DNA from: an uncultured Brevundimonas sp.
GTDB taxonomy: Bacteria > Pseudomonadota > Alphaproteobacteria > Caulobacterales > Caulobacteraceae
DNA length: 42,778 nucleotides
Direction: 5' to 3'
Assembly: GCA_964395805.1 (NCBI GenBank)
Contig: CAYNDG010000001.1
Span: 1-42,778, forward strand
How positions within the stretch are numbered: the stretch's first letter is position 1; each line of letters opens with the position of its first letter. A program made the position numbers and the translations under genes. Of the stretch, positions 9,587-18,930 are shown one piece after another. Under the pieces are notes generated by a model. The model saw nothing but the letters and a program-made list of their open reading frames with translations. It had not been told where the DNA came from and did no database searches.

Positions 9587-10173
9587 CAGACACGTTCCTG
9601 AATGGTGAAGCTGAGATAGACCAGACGGGAGGCGTCATAGGCCCATGCATCATCCGGCAGGGTCACAAAGCCCTCGATCTCCGGGTCTGCGATCTTGACC
9701 ACATCCTCATTGCCGTGCGGAACCCGCAACATGGTCGAGAGGGGAAGGTCAATCGTGCCGTCCGAGTCGACGACGCACACCGATGCCACCCGGTAGCAAT
9801 AGCGGACGCTGGACGTAACGACCGTGATCCATTGCCACTTCGTGAAGGCATAGTGCGGGGTCAGGCCCTTGAGCGACAAGGTTGAACCCGTCTGCCCCGC
9901 CCCATCAACCAGCGCCAGCCCCGGGGTACCAATGGCAATGCCGGGCTGCGGAATGGGAAGAATGCAGGTCTCGGTCTCGCTCGCCAGATCGGCAAAAGCC
10001 ATCGCGTCCGCATAGCGCATCGGCGGCATGGTCACGTCCAGCGCCCAGCGCGCACCCATGCGGGCAAAGCGCTGATCCCCCGCCCCGAAAGCCGAAGACA
10101 GGTTAGAGCGCGAGTTGACCAGCCGGGGAACCACCTTGCTAGGCGAAGGCGTCGTCGGAAGCGACAGGGCCAT
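9586..10173 (-). CDS. distal tail protein
   Basis: immediately after the TMP; 'SAFGAGDQ...RWALDVTMPPM'. Confidence 0.65.
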   Translation of the reverse strand: MALSLPTTPSPSKVVPRLVNSRSNLSSAFGAGDQRFARMGARWALDVTMPPMRYADAMAFADLASETETCILPIPQPGIAIGTPGLALVDGAGQTGSTLSLKGLTPHYAFTKWQWITVVTSSVRYCYRVASVCVVDSDGTIDLPLSTMLRVPHGNEDVVKIADPEIEGFVTLPDDAWAYDASRLVYLSFTIQERV

Positions 10174-12110
10174 CAGCGAACCCCCGGATAGGAAAAGCGT
10201 TGACGACGGCCCATGTCAGCCGGGACGGCCTGACGCGCCCCTTGGAACGCCTGCGCCCCAAAGCCAGCAGCAACCGGCGTGGCAACACGCTCGACCTGCA
10301 CATCGAAATACGGCGACGGGACGACATGAACGGCCATCGCCCCACCCGTGTCCTGACCGGGCTTGCGTATATCGACCATCTCGCCCTTCGTCAGGTTCAT
10401 GCCGACGAAGTTTTTGTCCTTGCCCGGCGCTCCGCCGACTTTGAAGGACCCGCCTGTCGAGAATCCCGGGAACCCGCCCGTGAAGGCAGAAAAGACCTTC
10501 TTGAGCGACGACCCCCACGATCCTATCGAGTTAAGCGCCCCGCCCCGGCCCTTGGAGTCACCCAACAGGATGTCCGTCAGGACGCCAGCCAGATTGTCAA
10601 AGAGGGCGTCCCGGATGCGCAGGGCGAGATACCGTCCGAGGTCACCATTTGCCGCCGCCTCAAGCCCGCCCCGGATGCCGTCATACGTCGCGGCTTCCAT
10701 TTCTTCGCGGTGATCGCGCGCGAGGTCCATTGCCTCCTGCGCACTGTCAGCACGGAACTGGCGGCCTTTTTCCTCAGCCGCCCGCCGCGACCGCTCAAGG
10801 GGATCGTCGCGCTCAAACTCCGCCTGCGCTTGTGCAAGGGCGCGGTTGAACGTGTCCTGACTGATAGCCGCTGCGTCGAGAAAGCGGGTCAGACGCTCCA
10901 CTTCTGCCGCATAACGCTCCGCCGGGGTGCGCGTGTTCTCATAGATGCGGGCACCCTCGCGGGCCATCTCATCTGCTACCCGGGCGGCCTCACGCTCCGC
11001 ATCCGTCAGGCGTTCGCGGGACTGACGCGCGCCAGTGGTCGCAACGCTCAAGTCGTCGTAGTCTTCCGCCAGGACTTGCACCGTGCTGTCGCCAGCAGGC
11101 GGCGTCCAGATATCGCGGATCGTCCCGATGGTTCCGGCAATGGACTGCGATATGTCAGCCATGCCGTTGCGGGCAGCCGCAGCCGCGCCGACAAAATCCA
11201 GTCGCGCCAGCTTACCAGCCGCCTCAGCAACAGCACCGATGGTCCGGGCCAAGACGCTAAACGCCCCAGACACCGCTGCAATGGCGGTGTGTAGAGCCTG
11301 AAGCACCGCGCCAAGCGCCTTGCCGACGCCGATCAGGACGTTCGTGTTCTTCGCAGACCGGACCAGCGCGTCGGTCAGCCCCTCAAGGGCCGGGAGCATT
11401 CCCGCCGTGATCTTCGTGACGATCCCGTCTTTGACCTTACCCAGCCGCGTCAGGTTGTCGTTGAACCGTTCAGCGGCCTTCCCCGTCTCCTCGTCCAGAA
11501 CGATGCCAAGCTCTTCCGCCTCGGCATAAATTTCCGCGAGACCAGCAGACCCCGCATTGAGCATCGGGATCATGTCGGCACCAGACTTGCCAAATATCTG
11601 CATGGCAAGAGCGGTCTTTTCGGCCCCGTTCGGCAGCTTTTGGAAGCGGGCCGCAAGGTCCTCCATGACCTTGAGCGCCGGGCGCATACGGCCCTCGGCA
11701 TCCCTGACGCTGATACCAAGCGCGGCGAAGGCCCTTGCGGCCTGTCCTGTTGCAGACTGGCCCGCCTCATACATATTGGCGGACAGGCGCTTGACCGCCT
11801 TGCCGAGCGACTCCAGTCCAACGCCTGACAGCTCTGCGGCATAACGAAGGCGGCTCAGGTCCTCAATCGAAATCCCGATGGCCTGCGACAGCTTGTAGAG
11901 ATTGTCAGCGTCGTCGATGATCGGCTTCATCGCTGCGGCCACAGCGCCGCCAGCAGCAGTCAGCGCCCCGGCCAAAATCAAGGCACCGGCGCGAGCCGCC
12001 GCAGCAAAGCGTTGCAGGCCGGTCTGCGCCCGGTTCAGGCCCTGGGTGAACTGTGCGCTATCAAGACCAAGCGTGACCCGCAGGGCACCGACCAAAGCAG
12101 AACGGGCCAT
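10173..12110 (-). CDS. tail tape measure protein
   Basis: 'VGALRVTLGLDSAQF', 'AMQIFGKSG', Ala-rich helical sequence, C-terminal FSTGGSF. Confidence 0.9.
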   Translation of the reverse strand: MARSALVGALRVTLGLDSAQFTQGLNRAQTGLQRFAAAARAGALILAGALTAAGGAVAAAMKPIIDDADNLYKLSQAIGISIEDLSRLRYAAELSGVGLESLGKAVKRLSANMYEAGQSATGQAARAFAALGISVRDAEGRMRPALKVMEDLAARFQKLPNGAEKTALAMQIFGKSGADMIPMLNAGSAGLAEIYAEAEELGIVLDEETGKAAERFNDNLTRLGKVKDGIVTKITAGMLPALEGLTDALVRSAKNTNVLIGVGKALGAVLQALHTAIAAVSGAFSVLARTIGAVAEAAGKLARLDFVGAAAAARNGMADISQSIAGTIGTIRDIWTPPAGDSTVQVLAEDYDDLSVATTGARQSRERLTDAEREAARVADEMAREGARIYENTRTPAERYAAEVERLTRFLDAAAISQDTFNRALAQAQAEFERDDPLERSRRAAEEKGRQFRADSAQEAMDLARDHREEMEAATYDGIRGGLEAAANGDLGRYLALRIRDALFDNLAGVLTDILLGDSKGRGGALNSIGSWGSSLKKVFSAFTGGFPGFSTGGSFKVGGAPGKDKNFVGMNLTKGEMVDIRKPGQDTGGAMAVHVVPSPYFDVQVERVATPVAAGFGAQAFQGARQAVPADMGRRQRFSYPGVR

Positions 12111-12122
12111 GGGCAGTCTCCC

Positions 12123-12430
12123 CTACCTTTGGTCGCGGGAAGCCCACGCCTTGAAAATCGCGTCTAGTTCTTCGACCGTCTGGCGACGGACTTTGCGCTT
12201 CACCCCCATGAGGGTTTCCAGCGCCGGGAACTTCCCGCCCTGAACCCGAGACAGCGCCGCCGTGTGCCATGCGGCCCATGCGCGCGCTTGTTGCTCTTGC
12301 TCTAGGCGTTGAGACGCCCCCTCAAACACCACACTCAGGACGCGCGGGGTCGTTCGCCAGAACGCCTCGGGGTCCTGACCTATTCGGACCCACGCTTTGA
12401 GGAGCGACGGCCAGTCCCAGCCGCCGCCCC
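12123..12430 (-). CDS. tail assembly chaperone T segment (probably expressed by -1 frameshift; start approximate)
   Basis: the -1 frame is open from within the upstream gene: WDWPSLLKAWVRIGQDPEAFWRTTPR...AWHTAAL. Confidence 0.7.
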
Positions 12431-12769
12431 CTTCCGAGGGCGGTCGGTATCCTCGCCCTCCTTCGCATCCGGGAACGACGCTTGAAGCGCCCGCCCAATG
12501 CCGTCCAGCGCCGGACCAGCGCCGCCCATCTGCTCAACCAGATCACCCGCCGCATACAGGTCAACGTCGGCATGGTGGCGACGAAGCCCGCCCCAAAGCA
12601 GAGCGCGGATCAGATGAAGCGAGGGTGACTTGACCAGCGTCCGAAGGATGCGGTCGGCATCCATGTCGAGGATGTATTCCACCTCACACATGGCGTTGAT
12701 GTCGAAGACCAGAGTGTAGCTCCGGCCCGCAACATCAATCTTGGCCTCGCCCTTATGGGGGTTGGCCAT
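12380..12769 (-). CDS. tail assembly chaperone G (GTA-gp10-like)
   Basis: 'MANPHKGE...YTLVFDINAMCEVE'; follows the tail tube gene. Confidence 0.8.
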   Translation of the reverse strand: MANPHKGEAKIDVAGRSYTLVFDINAMCEVEYILDMDADRILRTLVKSPSLHLIRALLWGGLRRHHADVDLYAAGDLVEQMGGAGPALDGIGRALQASFPDAKEGEDTDRPRKGAAAGTGRRSSKRGSE

Positions 12770-12772
12770 GGA

Positions 12773-13192
12773 TTAGACCGCCGCGTAAACGGGCTTGCCG
12801 GAAACCTTGATCGTCAGGCTCATGGTCATCTTGTCGTCGATGGTCACTTCATCAACGGTGAAGTTCGTCGGGATGCCGGTGAAGGTAAAGGTCGAGCTGC
12901 CCGGCAGGGTGATGCGGAAGGTTTCTTTTCCGGCCAGAACCAGCGTCTGAAGCAGCGTGGCGCTGGCCTCGACATAGTTCATGGTCACGACGCACTCGCC
13001 GCCGTCCTTCAGGCTGGCGATGAACTCGCGGAAGCCGTCATCGGAAGCCATGTGGGTCGCGTCGATGGTCTCGACACTGATGGAAGGCGGCGTGACCGAA
13101 ATGACCTCGGCAAGCGCCGTGTAGGTCGAGGGTTCGGTCGAGAGATAGGCGAATACAGCGCCGAAGCCCGACGCAGCAGCAGAAGCAGCCAT
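12773..13192 (-). CDS. tail tube (major tail) protein
   Basis: 'IDATHMASDDGFREFIASLKDGG...KVSGKP'. Confidence 0.9.
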   Translation of the reverse strand: MAASAAASGFGAVFAYLSTEPSTYTALAEVISVTPPSISVETIDATHMASDDGFREFIASLKDGGECVVTMNYVEASATLLQTLVLAGKETFRITLPGSSTFTFTGIPTNFTVDEVTIDDKMTMSLTIKVSGKPVYAAV

Positions 13193-13205
13193 GATGAAGT
13201 CTCCT

Positions 13206-13601
13206 TTAGGAAGCGTTTGCGGACTGGACGATCAGGTCCAGGGACGTGCGGAAAAGCGGGGTGTTTGACTCGTCCGACGTGTCGTCTCGCTCGGAGTCGA
13301 TCAGGATCACGTCGAAGCGGGTCGAACCTTGGGTGAAGGTCTGCGCCGTGATGGCGCTTTCGATGGCGCGGGCGACTGCCTTTGCGGAGCCGTAAGACGC
13401 TCCCCAGCAATCGGCCTGAATACGGCTGACACGCAGCCCTGACGCCCCGCCGTGCGTTACGTCCGGTGTGCCGCTGATCTTGTGCAAGACAATGGCCGGA
13501 AGCGCCGAACCCTGCGGACGGCGTTTCCAGTTAATCCGGGTTGAGACAAGCGCCGTCACTCCGCTGGAGGCCAGCAGCTTGGCGATCAAATCGGCTTCCA
13601 T
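13206..13601 (-). CDS. tail terminator (DUF3168-like)
   Basis: 'PQGSALPAIV...RIQADCWG'. Confidence 0.85.
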   Translation of the reverse strand: MEADLIAKLLASSGVTALVSTRINWKRRPQGSALPAIVLHKISGTPDVTHGGASGLRVSRIQADCWGASYGSAKAVARAIESAITAQTFTQGSTRFDVILIDSERDDTSDESNTPLFRTSLDLIVQSANAS

Positions 13602-13604
13602 GTG

Positions 13605-14084
13605 TTAGCCTTTCGCAGCTAGCCGCGCAGCCTTGCGGGCCTGCCGTTGAGCGGCCCTCTCGATCTCCGACCAGAGGTCTGCGGCAACACCGTCCAGCAG
13701 GGCGTCTTGGCCTTGGTCCCATGCCGGGCGCATGAACGACTGCGGGCCGTGCTTGCTTGTGCCGAACTCCTGAAAGACACCGTGCGGTGGCGGCGCAACC
13801 CCGCCCGTCCCCGCCGGACCCATGTGCGCCTCAACCTCGCTCCTGCGGCGGCGATTGAGACCACGCTGGCGCTTCCCGAGCTGCGTTGAAACCGCAATGC
13901 TGTTCTTGAGGTCGTTTCCGTTCGTGTCAGGGTCGTCCGGAGCCATCCGACGAGCCGCCTCGGCCATCGGCTCCAGCCGCTTGACCGCCACCCGGCGCAT
14001 AACATTGCGGCCCGTCGATTTGCCCAGCTCGCCGAGGGCCTTATCGATCTCCCGCAGGCCCTCGATCTTGACGGTCCTAGCCAT
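13605..14084 (-). CDS. HK97 gp10-like tail completion protein
   Basis: 'EFGTSKHGPQSFMRPAW'. Confidence 0.88.
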   Translation of the reverse strand: MARTVKIEGLREIDKALGELGKSTGRNVMRRVAVKRLEPMAEAARRMAPDDPDTNGNDLKNSIAVSTQLGKRQRGLNRRRRSEVEAHMGPAGTGGVAPPPHGVFQEFGTSKHGPQSFMRPAWDQGQDALLDGVAADLWSEIERAAQRQARKAARLAAKG

Positions 14085-14418
14085 CAGCCCGAGCCGCCGC
14101 CGTGATCTCCAAGCCCTCCCGGCGTCCGACTTCTTTCACATGAAGGATTTGGTAAGTCCGCCCTTCAAACGTCAGCCGATCTTTCGGGTTGAGGTCCGAC
14201 ACGTCCGTTGACCAGCGGATGACAAACCGCGCCGACGCATCCGCCGCCGTCTCCCCGGCCCGGAACCGCTCGCCGTCAGACAGCGGCTCATACGAGGCCC
14301 AGCGGGTCGCCAGCGTTCCCCACGTCAGGACCGGCTCGTTATAGCTGTCTGTGGTTGAGGTGAACCGTTGCAGGGTGATGCGGCGATCCAGCTTGGGGGC
14401 GTCAATCTTCGCGTCCAT
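14077..14418 (-). CDS. head closure / head-tail adaptor
   Basis: 'LDRRITLQ...WAS...ERF...FVIRW'. Confidence 0.88.
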   Translation of the reverse strand: MDAKIDAPKLDRRITLQRFTSTTDSYNEPVLTWGTLATRWASYEPLSDGERFRAGETAADASARFVIRWSTDVSDLNPKDRLTFEGRTYQILHVKEVGRREGLEITAAARADG

Positions 14419-14963
14419 CAATGCCACCTCAGCGGGGCAATCAGGCTTTCGACGACCTGGGGCAGGCCAGACGATGCGAGCGGCCAGTCCCGGGCCTCGT
14501 AGTAATATTCGACCAGCAGCTTGCAGGCCTCAATGGCCTCCTTCGGCGCGGCGGTCTCGCCCGCCGTAAACGCAATGACCACGCGCTCGGCAGCGTCCGG
14601 GTCCAGCACGGGCCAGACCGAACCGTCGGTAGCCGTGATGATCTTCCCCTCGCCGTCAGGCGCGACACGGTAATACGACGTGCCCAGAACCGTATCCCCA
14701 AGCACCTCGTCGGCGTAGGTCACACTCTCCACAGACGCCACAGGCGCTACCGGGAGCCGCAGGGGGTAAACCCAGCGAGGCAAGACCCACTCCAGTTCTT
14801 GCTCCATGAACCGCCGCTGCGTAGCCGCCTCAATGTCAGCGGTCGCAGCGGCGATCAGGGAGGTGATGCGCGCGTCGTCTTCCGAATGATCCACACGCAG
14901 ATGCAGCTTGACATCCGCCGTGCTGACCATTTGTGCGGGGGGAGTGACGACGCGCACAGTCAT
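14418..14963 (-). CDS. head-tail connector (gp6-like)
   Basis: 'VKLHLRVDHSEDDARITSLIAAA'. Confidence 0.88.
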   Translation of the reverse strand: MTVRVVTPPAQMVSTADVKLHLRVDHSEDDARITSLIAAATADIEAATQRRFMEQELEWVLPRWVYPLRLPVAPVASVESVTYADEVLGDTVLGTSYYRVAPDGEGKIITATDGSVWPVLDPDAAERVVIAFTAGETAAPKEAIEACKLLVEYYYEARDWPLASSGLPQVVESLIAPLRWH

Positions 14964-15415
14964 CAGGCGACGATCTCGTCCACGGTCGCCGCGTCATAGT
15001 CCGACGCGGGGCCATAGGCAGGGTCGAGGCCCAGCAGGACAGCACCGGCGTCCGAAGTCGCCGTGCCGACCGTCAGGGACAGGCGCAGGTGCGTGAAGCC
15101 GTTGTCGGCGTCCAGATCGGACTGCTTCACGTTGATGATGGCCTGCTTGTCGCTGTCGGTTCCAGCCTGGGTCAGTTGCGTGATGGCCTTGCCGGTAACG
15201 TCCTTCGCGCCGGTGCCGGAAGCGTCCGACGCCTGCTCGATCTTCGCGTCCAGCGTGGCCGAGGAACCGAGGGTTCCGGCGAACACGATGGCCATGAAGG
15301 TCAGGAAGTCCTTGGCGGCAACCCAGCCCGTGGTGACGGTGCTGGCACCAGTAGCGTCGGGGTCGATGACGCCGACAATGGCCGCCCGGTCGGACGGCAG
15401 GAGGTTCGGGTTCAT
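14963..15415 (-). CDS. capsid-associated/decoration protein
   Basis: 150 aa, beta-rich, directly after the MCP. Confidence 0.55.
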   Translation of the reverse strand: MNPNLLPSDRAAIVGVIDPDATGASTVTTGWVAAKDFLTFMAIVFAGTLGSSATLDAKIEQASDASGTGAKDVTGKAITQLTQAGTDSDKQAIINVKQSDLDADNGFTHLRLSLTVGTATSDAGAVLLGLDPAYGPASDYDAATVDEIVA

Positions 15416-15438
15416 GCCCGTTTCCTTTCTGAGAAAAT

Positions 15439-15454
15439 GGGGGCCGAAGCCCCC
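15439..15454 (-). terminator. hairpin after the capsid gene (attenuator or mRNA stabiliser)
   Basis: GGGGG-CTTCGG-CCCCC followed by ATTTT. Confidence 0.5.
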
Positions 15455-15470
15455 TCAGGGTTCAGGACGA

Positions 15471-16772
15471 TCAGGCGCGAGCGGCCAGAGCGACGAAGTG
15501 CGACTTGGTCGCGGCGGAGCGGGCGGGCGTGACCGGGGCCGACAGGTGAGGCTGGCCGCCGAGGCGGAAGGTCCAGCGGAACGCCTGCGCGCCATAGTCG
15601 AAGTAAAGGTGCATCGACGAAGCGAAGTCGATGCCGCCGCCCTGCTTGGTCACGGCGTAGTAACCGTCCGGATCGAACAGGGTCAGGTCGCCCACGTCGC
15701 CGACAGTGTCCGCGTGTTCGGTCAGAGCAATCGGACGACCCAGCAGGAAGCCACCGGGGGCGTTGGCGAAGCCAGCGTTCGGCGGGGTCCAGATCGGCTG
15801 ATTGCCGATGGTCATGGTCATCAGTTGCGGCAGGGTGTCAGGGTTCGCCAGCCAGACCGAACCGGCAATGTTGCCGGGCAGCAGGCGGGAGAACTGCTTG
15901 GCCACGTTCGCAGCGACGATGGTGTCAGCGGCCTGTCCGGACTCCTTGGCGACCTCGATCTTGGCAGCCGAGTTCATGAAGCCCAGCGGCTTGCCGACGC
16001 CGTCACCCCACATGATCGCGTCCGAAGCCTTCCAGCGGATGGCACGGGCGGCCTGACGGGTCAGGCGGTCATTCAGGCGGGGAGCGTCCGACAGCAGCTC
16101 GTCGGTGGCGACCACAAACGCATACAGCTCGTGAAGCTGCACAATGGCGCTCTTGGTCGAGATTTTCGACGGGGTCATCTGCGAACCTTCGGCGCGCCAG
16201 TTGGCCTGAACGCCGGTGGCACCCCACGGGGTCGATTCATCGCGCAGCGTCTGGACGCTGTTCGACGAAGTCGGCTCCGGCGATACCAGGTTCAGCAGGT
16301 CGCCGCCGTCGAAGACCAGCTCATTGATCTGCGCGCGGAATTCCGCCGGGACCATGAAGCCTTCGCCGGACGAACCGCCGTTTTCGTGGGTGTTGCCCGG
16401 CAGGGCAGCCAGACGGGCATCCATCGTATGGTTGACCGCCGAGTTGCGAACGGCCAGCGAGAATTCCGCGAGGTTGCGGAAGCCGCCGGTCGTTTCCGGG
16501 TTCGGCTCATTCACGGTGCGAGCCGTCGAAGCGGCAGGGGCCGTGGTGAACAGCGAGCCGCGACGCGCAGTGCGCTCCTCGGTCTCGATACGCTGATCCA
16601 GAGCGGTAACGTCCGCCTCCAGAGCGTCCAGCTCGGCAGAGAGGGCCGTCAGACGGGCTTCCTCTGCTTCCGTGCGTTCAGCCTTGTTGGCGAGTTCGTT
16701 ATACTCGACAGTTGCCGCCTTGCCGCGCGTGGCCTTTTGAGAGCGCTGCTGGCGGAGTTCCTTAAGGGTCAT
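15471..16772 (-). CDS. major capsid protein, HK97 fold
   Basis: N-terminal coiled-coil delta domain, 'GFMVPAEF', 'GDGVGKPLG'. Confidence 0.93.
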   Translation of the reverse strand: MTLKELRQQRSQKATRGKAATVEYNELANKAERTEAEEARLTALSAELDALEADVTALDQRIETEERTARRGSLFTTAPAASTARTVNEPNPETTGGFRNLAEFSLAVRNSAVNHTMDARLAALPGNTHENGGSSGEGFMVPAEFRAQINELVFDGGDLLNLVSPEPTSSNSVQTLRDESTPWGATGVQANWRAEGSQMTPSKISTKSAIVQLHELYAFVVATDELLSDAPRLNDRLTRQAARAIRWKASDAIMWGDGVGKPLGFMNSAAKIEVAKESGQAADTIVAANVAKQFSRLLPGNIAGSVWLANPDTLPQLMTMTIGNQPIWTPPNAGFANAPGGFLLGRPIALTEHADTVGDVGDLTLFDPDGYYAVTKQGGGIDFASSMHLYFDYGAQAFRWTFRLGGQPHLSAPVTPARSAATKSHFVALAARA

Positions 16773-16859
16773 AGCCCGTCTCCAATCCAGCCGGGGCAAA
16801 GCGCCGTCGTCCTGTGGCCCCGGCGGAACACAGGTGGCGATCTCGGAAGTCGAGAATGG

Positions 16860-17666
16860 TCAGGCGAAGGTCAGCGCACTCCGGCGGCGCGCCATGCCGC
16901 GAGGACGAATAAGCCCCGACAGCACCTCCGGAAGGGTCGCAATCCGGTCAGCCATGCCGAGGCGAACCGCCTCCTTCGCAGACACCATGCGGCCCTGACC
17001 GAACGTCTCGCGGACGTTGGCAACAGTCGTCTTGCGACCCGCCGCAACGGCCTTGAGAAACTCCGCATCGGCCTCATTGACCGACGCCTGAATGGCAGCC
17101 AAAGCCTCTTCAGTCAGAGGCTCATACGGGTTGGCATCAGCCTTGCCCGGGCGCGAGCGGATGATCGTGGCCTTGACGCCAAAATCCTCCAGCATTTTCG
17201 ACATATCCATGTGGACCGCGAGAACGCCAATCGACCCGACCTCAGCCGAAGGCGCGACCACAACCTCGCTCGCCTGACTGGCGATGTAATAGGCAGCCGA
17301 AGCCGCCATTGTCTCGGTCACGGCGATGACCGGCTTGACTTTCGCCGCAGCCGCAACAGCCGCAGCCGTCTCCGGCGTTCCCGTCACAGTGCCGCCGGGG
17401 CTGTCCACGTCGATCACGATTGCAGCGACGTTCGGGTCAGAAGCCGCCATATTCAGCGCGGCCCTGAAACGATCCATGCCGGGCGCAACCTCGCGCCCCC
17501 AGAAGCGAACCCCTCGCGGCGACAGGGGGCCAGCCAGCGACAGCAGCGCAACCGCAGTCGGGGCCGAAGCCGTTGACGCCCGAGGCTCCGCACCAATCCG
17601 CTCAGGATCGACAGCAAGCAGGGTTTCGCCCGTGGCCTCAGCCAGGGCGTGAAGCAGGTCACGCAT
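16860..17666 (-). CDS. prohead protease, S49 family
   Basis: 'DVDSPGG', 'AASAAYYIAS', 'VGSIGV'. Confidence 0.93.
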   Translation of the reverse strand: MRDLLHALAEATGETLLAVDPERIGAEPRASTASAPTAVALLSLAGPLSPRGVRFWGREVAPGMDRFRAALNMAASDPNVAAIVIDVDSPGGTVTGTPETAAAVAAAAKVKPVIAVTETMAASAAYYIASQASEVVVAPSAEVGSIGVLAVHMDMSKMLEDFGVKATIIRSRPGKADANPYEPLTEEALAAIQASVNEADAEFLKAVAAGRKTTVANVRETFGQGRMVSAKEAVRLGMADRIATLPEVLSGLIRPRGMARRRSALTFA

Positions 17667-18930
17667 CTTGGGTCTCCTCCGAGGCCGGGGGCGGTGCCGA
17701 ACCAGCCGGGACCATGTTCAGGGGTGTGAGGTGATCGTCGCCGCCCTTGGCAGGGCCAAGCGGGTCCATGTTCTCAAGGCGGCGGATGTCGTCAATCGAC
17801 AGCCAGCCCCATTGCCGCCCGAGGGCATAAGCCGCCCAGCGGGTCTTGATGTCGCCGCGCAGCAGGCCAGCGACGTTGATCTCGATAAAATACTCGTCCG
17901 ACTCGTCGCCGATCAGCAGGTCACGGGCCGCAGCCTGCTCCCACGCCGCAATCCACGGCGCGAGCGTATACATGACGAACTCAATCGACTGCTGTTCGAT
18001 GTTGTTGTTAGTCGCGCGCTCCAGCATCCCCACGCGGTGCGGCGGCATATTCCAGATCGAGGCGACCTCGTAGCCAACCTGTTTCTTGGTTTCGAGGAAC
18101 TGCGCCTCGTCGTTCTTAACGTCGTTCTTCTGATATTTGACGCCATGAAGAAGCAGGCGGTCTTTGTGGCGATTTGCCCCGGTGCTGCTGGCGCGCCACG
18201 CCTCCAGAAACCGGTCCATATCCTCTTTCGTCTTGAACGCCCCGGGATGCTCGATCACGCCGCCACCGGACCCGCCATTGGCGAAGAACAGCGACCCGAA
18301 CAGATCAACCGCCAGCGCCTTGCCGATGGTCTCCTTATCCGTCTCCCAAACCGGGCGACCGCGCAGGCCGTCCTCCGTCAGCGGGGCCTTGCGAATGTGC
18401 CAAATCTCATCCTCGCGCAGCCAGTCATGGCCGGTCGCGGGCTTAAGGCGCGTGACCTTGTAATAGACCCAGCCGTCATCACGACGCTTGACCTCCAGCA
18501 CCCGCGCCGGATGAATAGGCTCCAGCTCGCCAATCGGGCCGCCATCCTCAGCAGGCAGGATGCGCGAATAGCAGTTACGCCAGACAGACAGATGGCGCTG
18601 TTGTTCGTCCCGGAACTCTTGCGAAGTCTGGCGACGGTTCGGGCGGCTGTGCAGCACCTTGAACAGCGGGTGATCCCGCGCCACCTCGCGCTTGTCGCCG
18701 TCCAGACGGCGGAAAACCATCATCGGCAGCGTCGAAACCGGCCCGGCCAGCGCCTCAATACAAGCGCGCACAGCCCAATGCTCAATCGCGGTTTCCTGCG
18801 TCACCATCTGGCCAGAGGACGCAGCCGTGACCGCAGGCCCCCACCAGTGAGCCGAACCAGCATCCCGCGTGTTGGCTTGCAGGCCGACCGCAGAGGCCAT
18901 GCCCGAAACCACCCTTTGCAGCGGGTTCAA
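17659..18930 (-). CDS. portal protein, HK97 family
   Basis: 'HPLFKVL...PN', 'AQFLET', 'NIEQQ', 'LLRGD'. Confidence 0.95.
   Translation of the reverse strand: MNPLQRVVSGMASAVGLQANTRDAGSAHWWGPAVTAASSGQMVTQETAIEHWAVRACIEALAGPVSTLPMMVFRRLDGDKREVARDHPLFKVLHSRPNRRQTSQEFRDEQQRHLSVWRNCYSRILPAEDGGPIGELEPIHPARVLEVKRRDDGWVYYKVTRLKPATGHDWLREDEIWHIRKAPLTEDGLRGRPVWETDKETIGKALAVDLFGSLFFANGGSGGGVIEHPGAFKTKEDMDRFLEAWRASSTGANRHKDRLLLHGVKYQKNDVKNDEAQFLETKKQVGYEVASIWNMPPHRVGMLERATNNNIEQQSIEFVMYTLAPWIAAWEQAAARDLLIGDESDEYFIEINVAGLLRGDIKTRWAAYALGRQWGWLSIDDIRRLENMDPLGPAKGGDDHLTPLNMVPAGSAPPPASEETQDA

Noticed and set aside
15063-17576. 837-aa plus-strand ORF
   Set aside because: Antisense shadow of the capsid and protease genes in high-GC DNA; no recognisable motifs
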